From a virus (lineage: Duplodnaviria > Heunggongvirae > Uroviricota > Caudoviricetes), in IMG/VR virus record IMGVR_UViG_2541047816_000006, positions 1-10,967 of that record: a stretch of DNA of 10,967 bases. The stretch is one strand, 5' to 3'. Numbering within the stretch: position 1 is the first letter of the stretch; every line of letters starts with the position of its first letter. Under the pieces are notes generated by a model. The model made no database searches and was not told the DNA's origin. It worked only from the letters and a program-made list of their open reading frames with translations. Shown here piece by piece: positions 1 through 10,766 of this stretch. The translations under genes were made by a program, and so were the position numbers.

Positions 1-3839
<3,839 letters not shown>

Positions 3840-3861
3840 TCATCAGTTGCTGCTATGGAAT

Positions 3862-4185
3862 ATGGTTGACAGTCTGATTAAAACATTAATAGCCATTCTA
3901 ACAATCCCACTGGTTTTCTGGTTTATGAAGAAGCAGTGCCAAAGAGTTGAGACAGGTAAAATCGGTGATGAAGGATACTCATGGGAGAGGGGAAATCCCA
4001 AATACAGGCCGACAATGGTTTGGGATAGCAAAGGAGATATTAACCTTCTTATCATGCCATTGGTTGGAGTTTTGACTCTGTGGGGGATTTTTATTATTGG
4101 TGTAGTAACCAATATGACTTGGTTAAAAATTTGGCTGGCCCCAAAGCTTTACCTTATCGAATATGCAGCATCATTGGTTAAGTAA
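3862..4185 (+). CDS. Small hydrophobic protein with two predicted transmembrane helices (about 107 aa), moron-like cargo
   Basis: ORF in a visibly AT-rich stretch; hydrophobic segments LIKTLIAILTIPLVFWF and LLIMPLVGVLTLWGIFIIGVV; strong terminator immediately downstream. Start uncertain (TTG 3847 or ATG 3862); the frame stays open back to the IS100 boundary (in-frame stop at 3790..3792 inside the IS). No clear Shine-Dalgarno sequence. Confidence 0.45.
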   Translation: MVDSLIKTLIAILTIPLVFWFMKKQCQRVETGKIGDEGYSWERGNPKYRPTMVWDSKGDINLLIMPLVGVLTLWGIFIIGVVTNMTWLKIWLAPKLYLIEYAASLVK

Positions 4186-4189
4186 TTTC

Positions 4190-4215
4190 AGGCCGCATAG
4201 TCGGCCTTTATTTTT
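4190..4215 (+). terminator. Rho-independent terminator
   Basis: Perfect 6-bp stem aggccg / cggcct with loop catagt, followed by ttatttttg; begins 5 nt after the stop codon at 4183..4185. Confidence 0.7.
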
Positions 4216-4244
4216 GGCATAAACAACAGAATAAACACTGCACT

Positions 4245-4272
4245 GTGTATTCATTCCAACGAGTGAATACAC
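4245..4272 (+). promoter_or_regulatory. Perfect 9-bp-arm inverted repeat (candidate operator or RNA hairpin)
   Basis: gtgtattca - ttccaacgag - tgaatacac; arms are exact reverse complements with a 10-bp spacer; sits in a non-coding stretch between two terminators. Confidence 0.4.
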
Positions 4273-4334
4273 GGAGCAATGTCGCTCGTAACTAAACAGG
4301 AGCCGACTTGTTCTGATTATTGGAAATCTTCTTT

Positions 4335-4360
4335 GCCCTCCAATGTGAGGGCCTTTTTAT
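4335..4360 (+). terminator. Rho-independent terminator
   Basis: Stem gccctc / gagggc with loop caatgt, followed by ctttttat. It lies inside the six-frame-track ORF 4320..4595, which argues that ORF's upstream start is spurious. Confidence 0.6.
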
Positions 4361-4424
4361 ATGCATACCAATAACGCTTCACTCGAGGCGTTTTCGTTAT
4401 GCAATCAAACAGAAGGAGCATCCT

Positions 4425-4595
4425 ATGCAACAGTTCGCTATTGCAGGGGCGGCATCGGTTCGCCCTTTCAACCCGATTTTATCGGTACAGCATTCACGAA
4501 AAAACATTTTAACCGGAGCAGACTTTAAACAACCAAGAATGAAAAGTTTGCTCGAAAAGCTTTGGGATATTTTGAAACAACAAGGCCGTCCATGA
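4425..4595 (+). CDS. Hypothetical small protein (56 aa)
   Basis: ATG preceded by AAGGAG with 6-nt spacer; stop overlaps the next ATG (ATGA at 4592..4595). First gene of the plus-strand operon. Confidence 0.45.
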   Translation: MQQFAIAGAASVRPFNPILSVQHSRKNILTGADFKQPRMKSLLEKLWDILKQQGRP

Positions 4596-4699
4596 GTTTT
4601 ACGGATAACTGGTCAGACGAAGAATTCATTCGTCAGATGAACAAAATGCTCAATCAGCACAAAGAACAGGAGAAAGATGATGATTCTGACTCTGAATGA
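4592..4699 (+). CDS. Hypothetical very small acidic protein (35 aa)
   Basis: ATG overlaps the upstream stop (ATGA); product MSFTDNWSDEEFIRQMNKMLNQHKEQEKDDDSDSE; 3' end overlaps the start of the next gene in another frame. Not in the ORF track (under 60 aa); read by hand. Confidence 0.25.
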   Translation: MSFTDNWSDEEFIRQMNKMLNQHKEQEKDDDSDSE

Positions 4700-4988
4700 T
4701 AAGCGTGAAATATCGCAAATAATCGCAAGTTTTACTGATGAAGATTACGAACGAATTAACAGTGAAGTTGATCGCCTCTGCAAACGTTGCGACCCAATAA
4801 GCGAAATGCTTCGCTCATATAAACCAGATGAACACACTAAGGACGCTATCGACTGGCTGGAAGATGATGACTGTAACTATCAGGAAAAAGCCGCTGAATG
4901 GTTCTGGGATGCAATAACCGAAAGAGTTAAGGCTGAATATGCCTTCGCAATATTTAAACGCAGACACATTTTTGGAGAAGCAGCATGA
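4677..4988 (+). CDS. Hypothetical acidic protein (103 aa) translationally coupled to recT
   Basis: Two in-frame ATGs preceded by AGGAG; stop overlaps the recT ATG (ATGA at 4985..4988). No family recognised. Confidence 0.6.
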   Translation: MMILTLNDKREISQIIASFTDEDYERINSEVDRLCKRCDPISEMLRSYKPDEHTKDAIDWLEDDDCNYQEKAAEWFWDAITERVKAEYAFAIFKRRHIFGEAA

Positions 4989-5896
4989 GCAATATCGTTG
5001 AATTCGTTAAACAGCAAGAGCAGTTATTCTGCGGAGCATTGACTGAACAGACGGTGACATGGGCTAAGGAAAGCCAGTTTGCAATTCAGTATTTCCAGAA
5101 AAACGATTACCTGGCTAAAACAGCACTGGCAAATCCAACCAGCGCACAGAACGCCATCATCAATGTTGCGGCGATCGGCATCACCTTAAACCCTGCAAGC
5201 AAACTGGCTTATCTGGTTCCGCGCGATGGCATGGTTTGCCTTGATATCAGCTATATGGGATTGCTCCATATTGCAATGGAGTCTGGTGTTATCTCATGGG
5301 GTCAGGCAAAACTTGTTCATGCTAACGATACCTATGAGTCAAACGGGCTTGATAAAGCACCAACCCATAAATACAACGCCTTCGGTGATCGTGGTGATAT
5401 CGTTGGCGTTTACTGCACAGTTAAGACGCCGGCAGGTGATTATCTAACGGAAGAGATGAGTCTGGCTGAAATTGAGGCTGTAAGGAAAACAAGCAAGGCA
5501 GCATTCAGCGATAAAGGACCATGGGTAAATCACTGGAATGAGATGGCGCGAAAGACGGTCGTAAAGCGTGCAAGCAAGTATTGGCCTAAGGCATCACGTC
5601 TTGATAGTGCTATTCACGTACTAAACGAAGAAGAAGGTGTATGGACTGAACCAGTTATGCCGCACAAATCAGAGGAAGATATCCGCGAAGATGAACGGAA
5701 ACGCCAGCAGGAAATAACGGATAAAGCACAACTTCTTTGTGATGAAATGGCTCAGGCAGAAAACATGGATGATTTGAAGCGATATTTTGCAGAAGCATAT
5801 CGCCTGACATCTGGAATGAAATTGCAGCAGAACATACAAGCCATTTACATAGAATGCAAAGCGAAACTGGAGGTTGCCAGTGAGCAAACTGTATGA
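4985..5896 (+). CDS. recT: RecT-family single-strand annealing recombinase (303 aa)
   Basis: Segment KGPWVNHWNEMARKTVVKRASKYWP closely resembles the conserved GPWVTHWEEMAKKTAIRRLFKYLP region of Rac-prophage RecT as I recall it; size typical. Confidence 0.88.
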   Translation: MSNIVEFVKQQEQLFCGALTEQTVTWAKESQFAIQYFQKNDYLAKTALANPTSAQNAIINVAAIGITLNPASKLAYLVPRDGMVCLDISYMGLLHIAMESGVISWGQAKLVHANDTYESNGLDKAPTHKYNAFGDRGDIVGVYCTVKTPAGDYLTEEMSLAEIEAVRKTSKAAFSDKGPWVNHWNEMARKTVVKRASKYWPKASRLDSAIHVLNEEEGVWTEPVMPHKSEEDIREDERKRQQEITDKAQLLCDEMAQAENMDDLKRYFAEAYRLTSGMKLQQNIQAIYIECKAKLEVASEQTV

Positions 5897-6362
5897 AATA
5901 GCTAATGAATACGCAAAATTGATGGATTCAGATTTAGAACCAGAGATGATTGCTGACACAATAGAAGGCATGGAAGGAGAATTTACCGATAAAATAGAGC
6001 AACTTCTCGCCATTATTAAAAATGAATCTGGTTATGCTGAACGCCTCAAGGAAGAGGCAAAGTCACTAAATGAGCGAGCCGCAGTAATTCAAAATAAGAT
6101 TGACAGCATCAAATCATATATAGCGTCATCGCTTGAAATGGTTGGCAAGAAAAAGATTCGAGCAGGTATTCACCAGGTAACAATCCGCAAACCGTCAGAA
6201 ACTGTAGAAATCATCGACTCAAGCGCCCTTCCTCCTGAATACGTTGAGTTTGAAACGACAATTAAAGCCGACAAGTTGGCAATCAAACACCAACTAAAAG
6301 CAGGAATAAATATCCCCGGTGCTCAACTCAAAGTTGGGAAACCTTCACTTCTTATCAAATAA
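5880..6362 (+). CDS. Coiled-coil protein, Gam-like / Siphovirus-Gp157-like recombination accessory (about 160 aa)
   Basis: Immediately after recT, overlapping its stop; GGAGG 6 nt upstream of GTG 5880 (track start is TTG 5874). Coiled-coil N-terminal half and C-terminal region resemble small proteins commonly paired with recT; family assignment is tentative. Confidence 0.55.
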   Translation: MSKLYEIANEYAKLMDSDLEPEMIADTIEGMEGEFTDKIEQLLAIIKNESGYAERLKEEAKSLNERAAVIQNKIDSIKSYIASSLEMVGKKKIRAGIHQVTIRKPSETVEIIDSSALPPEYVEFETTIKADKLAIKHQLKAGINIPGAQLKVGKPSLLIK

Positions 6363-6373
6363 CGATATCGCCT

Positions 6374-6688
6374 ATGAAAAAGACTCCTTGGGAGAAATGG
6401 GAAGTCGATTTCTTGCGCGAAGTAGCGGCAACAATGCCAGTTGAAGTTATCGCTGAAAAACTGGAAAGGACTGAAAAAGCAGTAATGGCGAAAGCAACAA
6501 GGATTGGCGCTGACATTGTTAGCCGACTTCGTGGAAGACGCTGGACAAGAGCCGAAGTATCACTTTTCGGTAAGTTCTCCGCAGAAGAAATAGCAATTGC
6601 AACCTGCCGCTCAATTTATTCAGTGAGAGCTATGCGATACAAGCTAAAAAAACTCGATGAAGAAAGAGCAGGCATACGAATAAATTAA
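6374..6688 (+). CDS. Hypothetical protein with internal tandem duplication of a helix-turn-helix-like module (104 aa)
   Basis: Two similar halves: WEKWEVDFLREVAATMPVEVIAEKLERTEKAVMAKATRIG and WTRAEVSLFGKFSAEEIAIATCRSIYSVRAMRYKL; weak ribosome-binding site. Confidence 0.55.
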   Translation: MKKTPWEKWEVDFLREVAATMPVEVIAEKLERTEKAVMAKATRIGADIVSRLRGRRWTRAEVSLFGKFSAEEIAIATCRSIYSVRAMRYKLKKLDEERAGIRIN

Positions 6689-6704
6689 CATGGAGTAATT
6701 AACA

Positions 6705-6986
6705 ATGAAGCTAAACATCGACCTCGGAAAATACGTTATTACCGGAACCAAACACGACCTGATTCTTAGCGAAAGAGGAATTATCAAAGAAGGCGAGAAT
6801 GCAGGGAAAGAAACACTAAGCCGTATCGGTTATTACAGCAAGTTTGAGCATCTGGTTAAAGAATTATGCGACCGTGAAATCCTGTTATCTCAGGCGCAGA
6901 CGCTACAGGATATTCAGCAACATATCGAGAATTTAGGTGTGTCACTTAGCATGGCTATTGACCAGTTCGTGGAGAGTAAATCATGA
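6705..6986 (+). CDS. Hypothetical protein (93 aa)
   Basis: ORF with GGAG upstream; stop overlaps the next ATG (ATGA). Confidence 0.55.
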   Translation: MKLNIDLGKYVITGTKHDLILSERGIIKEGENAGKETLSRIGYYSKFEHLVKELCDREILLSQAQTLQDIQQHIENLGVSLSMAIDQFVESKS

Positions 6987-7147
6987 GAGGACTTGCATAC
7001 AATCCCGGCATTCTTCCGGCAGAAATGATTATTCGCCAACGCGTAAAGCCAATGCCATCGAGAGAGGAATTGCTTAAGAGAAATTCTTTTCCATCAGTGA
7101 ATCAAAACAAATATCTGAATGCGATGTTGCGGAGTGGGAAGAAATGA
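6983..7147 (+). CDS. Hypothetical small basic protein (54 aa)
   Basis: Read by hand (not in track): [54 protein letters not shown]; start overlaps the upstream stop and its stop overlaps the next ATG, filling an otherwise gene-free gap in a tightly coupled operon. Confidence 0.35.
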   Translation: MRGLAYNPGILPAEMIIRQRVKPMPSREELLKRNSFPSVNQNKYLNAMLRSGKK

Positions 7148-7626
7148 AACAAATGTCACTAATTGAGATGGATGGATTTCTGAAAGGTAAATGCATCCCA
7201 CGAGATTTAAAGGTTAACGAAACAAACGCTGAATATCTGGTGCGTAAATTTGCTGAAGCGGAGGCCAAGATTTCGGCTCTGTACGAAGACCACCAGAAAG
7301 CGATTGAGTCAATTAAGCAGGCTGATGCAGCTGTTAAGTTGGCACACGAGAAGTTTTCGGCGCTGGCAGCAGAGAATACGGAGCTTAAACAGTCGGAGAA
7401 GGAATTTAATAACTTCTGTCGTCAGGAGTACTACGGTTGGGAGGACAACTTCACGGAAACCCCAGCCACCGACGCTTTCCTGGCTGAAATTGAACGCAAA
7501 GCAATCCGCAAGTTCATTAACAGCATTGAACACATCCTGCGTGACAAGTTGTCACCGTATGACACCGAAGAGATGCTTGAGGCTATGCGTATTTTTCTGG
7601 AAGAACAGAGTGGTGAGCAAAAATGA
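7144..7626 (+). CDS. Hypothetical coiled-coil protein (160 aa)
   Basis: ORF coupled on both sides by ATGA overlaps; central region predicted coiled coil ([51 protein letters not shown]). Confidence 0.6.
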   Translation: MKQMSLIEMDGFLKGKCIPRDLKVNETNAEYLVRKFAEAEAKISALYEDHQKAIESIKQADAAVKLAHEKFSALAAENTELKQSEKEFNNFCRQEYYGWEDNFTETPATDAFLAEIERKAIRKFINSIEHILRDKLSPYDTEEMLEAMRIFLEEQSGEQK

Positions 7627-7928
7627 CAATCACAAAACAACGGTTAGAAGAAATCATATCCCGCATTGAAATGTATGGACATGGTGCAGGGTATACCGCT
7701 GACGAGGTTTATGACCTAGCTGTACTGGCGCTGAATTTATCAAATATCGCAAACCTGAAGCGATACGAGCTTGATATGGATGGTTGTGACTCGTTCGGTC
7801 AGGATTGTGGCGCTGACATGACTGAAGATCCTGATGGCGATTATGTCCTGTTTGATGACGTGGTTAAGTTGTTTGAGTTTGATACATTCGAAAGCCCAGC
7901 AAGGGAGACAACCAGTGAGCAAGATTGA
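7623..7928 (+). CDS. Hypothetical acidic protein (101 aa) with MTITKQRL N-terminal module
   Basis: ORF; N-terminus paralogous to those of the genes starting at 8995 and 9383. Confidence 0.55.
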   Translation: MTITKQRLEEIISRIEMYGHGAGYTADEVYDLAVLALNLSNIANLKRYELDMDGCDSFGQDCGADMTEDPDGDYVLFDDVVKLFEFDTFESPARETTSEQD

Positions 7929-8799
7929 CTATCAGGCACTGCGTGAGGTGGCGGAACGTGCAATTACAGCAATGGAACGCCTGTTAATGTTGCCAGTTGA
8001 TGATGATTTGTTAAGTGAACAGGAACTTAAAGATTACGGTGTGGATATTGATGCGCTCAACGCCTTCAAATTTCTGGCCGGACCAGAAACCGTGCTGGCA
8101 CTGCTGGATGAACGGGAAAGAAACCAGCAATACATAAAACGCCGTGACCAGGAGAACGAGGATATTGCGCTAACGGTAGGGAAACTGCGTGTTGAGCTTG
8201 AGGAAGCAAAATCAAAACTCAACGAGCAACGCGAGTATTACGAGGGAGTAATCGCGGATGGAAGTAATCACATAGCAGAACTGGAAAAACAATGCGCCGA
8301 ATGGGAGCGAAAAGCATTAAGCAACTTTGAAGAGTGTGCTGCGATGGCTGAACGTATCGAAGAGATGCAGACAAAATCTGCGCCAGATTCGTTTGGCATC
8401 ATCGGTGAAAATATTCGAACACAGGACAATCGAATAACGTCAGATCCCATGTTTTGTGTGTATCAAAAGCGCGAAATCGTTGTTGATGCTGATTATGACC
8501 ATGACCGGATTGTCTGGGTTGACGAAGATGGCAATGAAGCCAATAAACGCCATAGTCGTCGTCTCGAGCTACTTCATGAAAACTTTCGAGAGCCACCAGA
8601 AAAATGGCGGCGCGTTGCTGTGAAAGATATTGATGAATTCGTTACCTGCTGTTTCACCGAACAGGGTTGTAAAGACTACCTGGCAGTCAATGGTCACAAT
8701 CTTCGCTTGCCATTTATATATGTAAAAAGCGGTTTCAGGAACGCTGAATATATCGACATAAGAAACTGGCTTGCTGGCATTCGCATCAAAGGAGAGTGA
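7915..8799 (+). CDS. Ead/Ea22-like coiled-coil protein (about 294 aa)
   Basis: GTG 7915 preceded by GGGAGA; the track's upstream start 7834 gives a hydrophobic leader that overlaps the previous gene and is probably not translated. N-terminus SKIDYQALREVAERAITAMERL plus a long coiled coil resembles Ead/Ea22-like proteins of lambdoid prophages (from memory). Confidence 0.6.
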   Translation: MSKIDYQALREVAERAITAMERLLMLPVDDDLLSEQELKDYGVDIDALNAFKFLAGPETVLALLDERERNQQYIKRRDQENEDIALTVGKLRVELEEAKSKLNEQREYYEGVIADGSNHIAELEKQCAEWERKALSNFEECAAMAERIEEMQTKSAPDSFGIIGENIRTQDNRITSDPMFCVYQKREIVVDADYDHDRIVWVDEDGNEANKRHSRRLELLHENFREPPEKWRRVAVKDIDEFVTCCFTEQGCKDYLAVNGHNLRLPFIYVKSGFRNAEYIDIRNWLAGIRIKGE

Positions 8800-8800
8800 G

Positions 8801-8992
8801 ATGAAAGGACAAATATCAATTGTTCGACCGGGAGCATGTGACGATAGCGAGATACGAATGATTATTCGTCTGGCGATGGGGAAAACAATAACAGCTCTCA
8901 TTACTCCAGAAAATCTCGCATTAGCTTTAACCGGAAAGTCAGACCTGCCAGTGGAGCTAAAGCTGCGAAATGTTGAGATTAAGGTGAAATAG
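8801..8992 (+). CDS. Hypothetical small protein (63 aa)
   Basis: ATG 8801 preceded by AAAGGAGAGTGAG; the upstream gene stop lies within this ribosome-binding site. Confidence 0.5.
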   Translation: MKGQISIVRPGACDDSEIRMIIRLAMGKTITALITPENLALALTGKSDLPVELKLRNVEIKVK

Positions 8993-8994
8993 CT

Positions 8995-9381
8995 ATGACC
9001 ACTATTACCAAAGAGCGACTGCTGACAATCAAGCAGTGGCGCGAAACATACGGACCTGGTAGCAACGTTGTACTGCCAGCAGAAGAAGCGGAAGAACTGG
9101 CACGAATTGCTCTGGCATCGCTGGAAGCAAAACCAATAGGTGCATTCCACATTGCAGAACAGCAAGTTGACGGCACAAGTGACTACCTCAAGGATGGAGA
9201 ATGGCCTATTGATAATGGAATTATTGAGGTCTACGCCGCTCCCCCCGTTCCAGTAGTACCGGAAGAAAAACCAATGCCTAATCCTCTTAGCATGTACGCG
9301 GTCGATGCTGTTGCCGCTATTGCAGAGGTGAGAGGCTGGAACGCCTGCCGTGCCGCTATGCTTCAGGGAAAAGGAGAGTGA
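8995..9381 (+). CDS. Hypothetical protein (128 aa) with MTTITKERL N-terminal module
   Basis: ORF 2 nt after the upstream stop; N-terminal module shared with 7623 and 9383 genes; ends ...QGKGE. Confidence 0.6.
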   Translation: MTTITKERLLTIKQWRETYGPGSNVVLPAEEAEELARIALASLEAKPIGAFHIAEQQVDGTSDYLKDGEWPIDNGIIEVYAAPPVPVVPEEKPMPNPLSMYAVDAVAAIAEVRGWNACRAAMLQGKGE

Positions 9382-9382
9382 T

Positions 9383-9928
9383 ATGACCACTATAACCGAT
9401 AAGAAACAGTATCCAGGCGAGCAATATCTTAATGAGCTAATCACCAACATAGAGTTTGCTGCAAGGGCACCAGTTGAAGTCGTGAGAGCGATGGCAGCAG
9501 AGCTACGGAAGCGGCGCGAAGCTGATAGTGCAGAACCTGTAAGCCAAACTTACAAGTTGCCTCCCCTGTCATCCAGCGAAGTAAACGACGCGGCATGGAA
9601 ATTACACAACATGCTGACTGAACACGGCCCGCTAAATGGGCGTCAGTTCAACAATCTGAAAGGTTGCTTCTATGAGGCATTAAAGGTCGCAATGCGCAAC
9701 TATCCGGTAATTCCGGATAGTTGGATAAGCTGTAGTGAGCGAATGCCGGATACCAAAACAGCCGTTCTTGTTGCCAGGGAGTTTGACAGGAAAGGTGACT
9801 GGCGAATGAAATGGGCGACTTACATCCCGGGGCATCCTGACGCTAATGATGGGTGGGTAATACCTGGTGCGTCGTGGATACCATCACACTGGATGCCGCT
9901 ACCAGAACCGCCGCAGGAGGCAAAATGA
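9383..9928 (+). CDS. Hypothetical protein (181 aa) with DUF551-like C-terminus
   Basis: ATG 9383 preceded by AAGGAGAGTGAT; C-terminal WISCSERMPD...GASWIPSHWMPLPEPP resembles the DUF551 signature found in lambdoid ea-region proteins (from memory). Confidence 0.6.
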   Translation: MTTITDKKQYPGEQYLNELITNIEFAARAPVEVVRAMAAELRKRREADSAEPVSQTYKLPPLSSSEVNDAAWKLHNMLTEHGPLNGRQFNNLKGCFYEALKVAMRNYPVIPDSWISCSERMPDTKTAVLVAREFDRKGDWRMKWATYIPGHPDANDGWVIPGASWIPSHWMPLPEPPQEAK

Positions 9929-10185
9929 TGGATGTAAAAGAGAAGGTTTTGCAGGTGATACGTTCCCGTGCTGCCCTGCAAGAGAAAGCTCTCGGCGGGG
10001 AATATCCATTCACGATAGCAACCTGGAATCTGCGGTTGGCAATGGAGAAGGAATTTCCTGATGAAGAATGGCGTTCGGCAGATTTGCGCAAAATTCTTAT
10101 GGAGATTGCTAAAGACGGAACAGTATCTAAAGATAAACATGCCAGCCGGATTGGTCAGGCAGTATGGAGACTGGAGGAGCGGTAA
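9925..10185 (+). CDS. Hypothetical protein (86 aa)
   Basis: ATG 9925 preceded by GGAGG and overlapping the upstream stop (ATGA); the track's longer start at 9853 would overlap the previous gene. Confidence 0.55.
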   Translation: MMDVKEKVLQVIRSRAALQEKALGGEYPFTIATWNLRLAMEKEFPDEEWRSADLRKILMEIAKDGTVSKDKHASRIGQAVWRLEER

Positions 10186-10469
10186 TGGCTAACCTGCAAC
10201 TTGCCGTCAAAGGTGAATACTTCGATGCCATGATTCGCGGGGAGAAAACGGAAGAGTATCGCCTGTGTAATGACTACTGGAAAAAGCGCCTCGTTAACCG
10301 TAAGCATGACCGCCTGATTATCACAAAGGGATATCCGAAGCGCGACGATTCCAGCCGCAGAATAGACGTCCCGTATGACGGATATGAAATCAAGACAATC
10401 ACACATCCGCACTTCGGCGATAAACCGGTAAAGGTGTTCGCGATAAAGGTAAATATCGGCAATGAATAA
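10185..10469 (+). CDS. ASCH-domain (PUA-like fold) protein (94 aa)
   Basis: ATG 10185 preceded by GGAGG, overlapping the upstream stop (TAATG). Contains G-E-K-T-E-E-Y-R, which fits the ASCH signature GxKxxExR, in the context YFDAMIRGEKTEEYR. Confidence 0.55.
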   Translation: MANLQLAVKGEYFDAMIRGEKTEEYRLCNDYWKKRLVNRKHDRLIITKGYPKRDDSSRRIDVPYDGYEIKTITHPHFGDKPVKVFAIKVNIGNE

Positions 10470-10472
10470 CAA

Positions 10473-10500
10473 TCCTCGCACTCGCGGGGATTTCTTTTAT
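10473..10500 (+). terminator. Rho-independent terminator (intra-operon)
   Basis: Stem tcctcgc / gcgggga (7 bp, one G-U wobble), loop actc, followed by tttcttttat; begins 4 nt after the stop at 10467..10469. Confidence 0.5.
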
Positions 10501-10541
10501 CTGAACTCGCTACGGCGGGTTTTGTTTTATGGAGATGATAA

Positions 10542-10709
10542 ATGCACTTCCGAGTCACAGGTGAATGGAATGGAGAGCCATTCAACAGAGTTATCGAAGC
10601 AGAGAACATCAACGACTGCTATGACCACTGGATGATATGGGCGCAGATAGCACATGCAGACGTAACCAATATTCGAATTGAAGAACTGAAAGAACACCAA
10701 GCCGCCTGA
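10542..10709 (+). CDS. Hypothetical small protein (55 aa)
   Basis: Read by hand: MHFRVTGEWNGEPFNRVIEAENINDCYDHWMIWAQIAHADVTNIRIEELKEHQAA; GGAG 7 nt upstream of the ATG; stop codon sits inside the terminator hairpin. Confidence 0.4.
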   Translation: MHFRVTGEWNGEPFNRVIEAENINDCYDHWMIWAQIAHADVTNIRIEELKEHQAA

Positions 10710-10724
10710 TGGCGGTTTTTTATT
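10698..10724 (+). terminator. Rho-independent terminator upstream of the excisionase gene
   Basis: Stem gccgcc / ggcggt with loop tgat, followed by tttttatt. Confidence 0.6.
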
Positions 10725-10766
10725 GCCTGATTTGCAGGTTCGATTCCCTATTTGGAGATAGCACTC

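Noticed and set aside
3843-4112. 89-aa minus-strand ORF opposite the moron
   Set aside because: Antisense to the membrane-protein ORF, followed on the plus strand by a terminator oriented for the plus-strand gene; no start signal.
4320-4424. Upstream extension of the 4425..4595 ORF (91-aa version in the track)
   Set aside because: The extension spans a terminator hairpin (4335..4360) and has no ribosome-binding site; the internal ATG at 4425 has a strong AAGGAG.
5669-6013. 114-aa minus-strand ORF over the recT / Gam-like junction
   Set aside because: Antisense to two supported genes; hydrophobic low-complexity product typical of reverse-frame artefacts.
7250-7669. 139-aa plus-strand ORF in an alternative frame (Arg/Ser-rich)
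   Set aside because: Entirely overlaps the 7144..7626 gene in another frame and has a low-complexity basic composition; the coupled 7144 gene is the better model.
8569-9450. 293-aa minus-strand ORF
   Set aside because: Antisense to four well-supported, translationally coupled plus-strand genes; low-complexity Cys/Phe/Ser-rich product, no ribosome-binding site. Taken as a chance open frame.
9820-10185. Minus-strand ORFs 9820..10140 and 9843..10091, plus-strand 9867..10061, and the long-start 9853..10185 version
   Set aside because: Overlap the coupled plus-strand genes; the in-frame ATG at 9925 with GGAGG and ATGA overlap is the better start. The others are alternate-frame artefacts.
10501-10530. 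Second hairpin (cgctacggcg followed by ttttgtttt) as a tandem terminator
   Set aside because: The stem is only 3-4 bp; too weak to call, although it resembles a degenerate copy of the 10473..10500 terminator.
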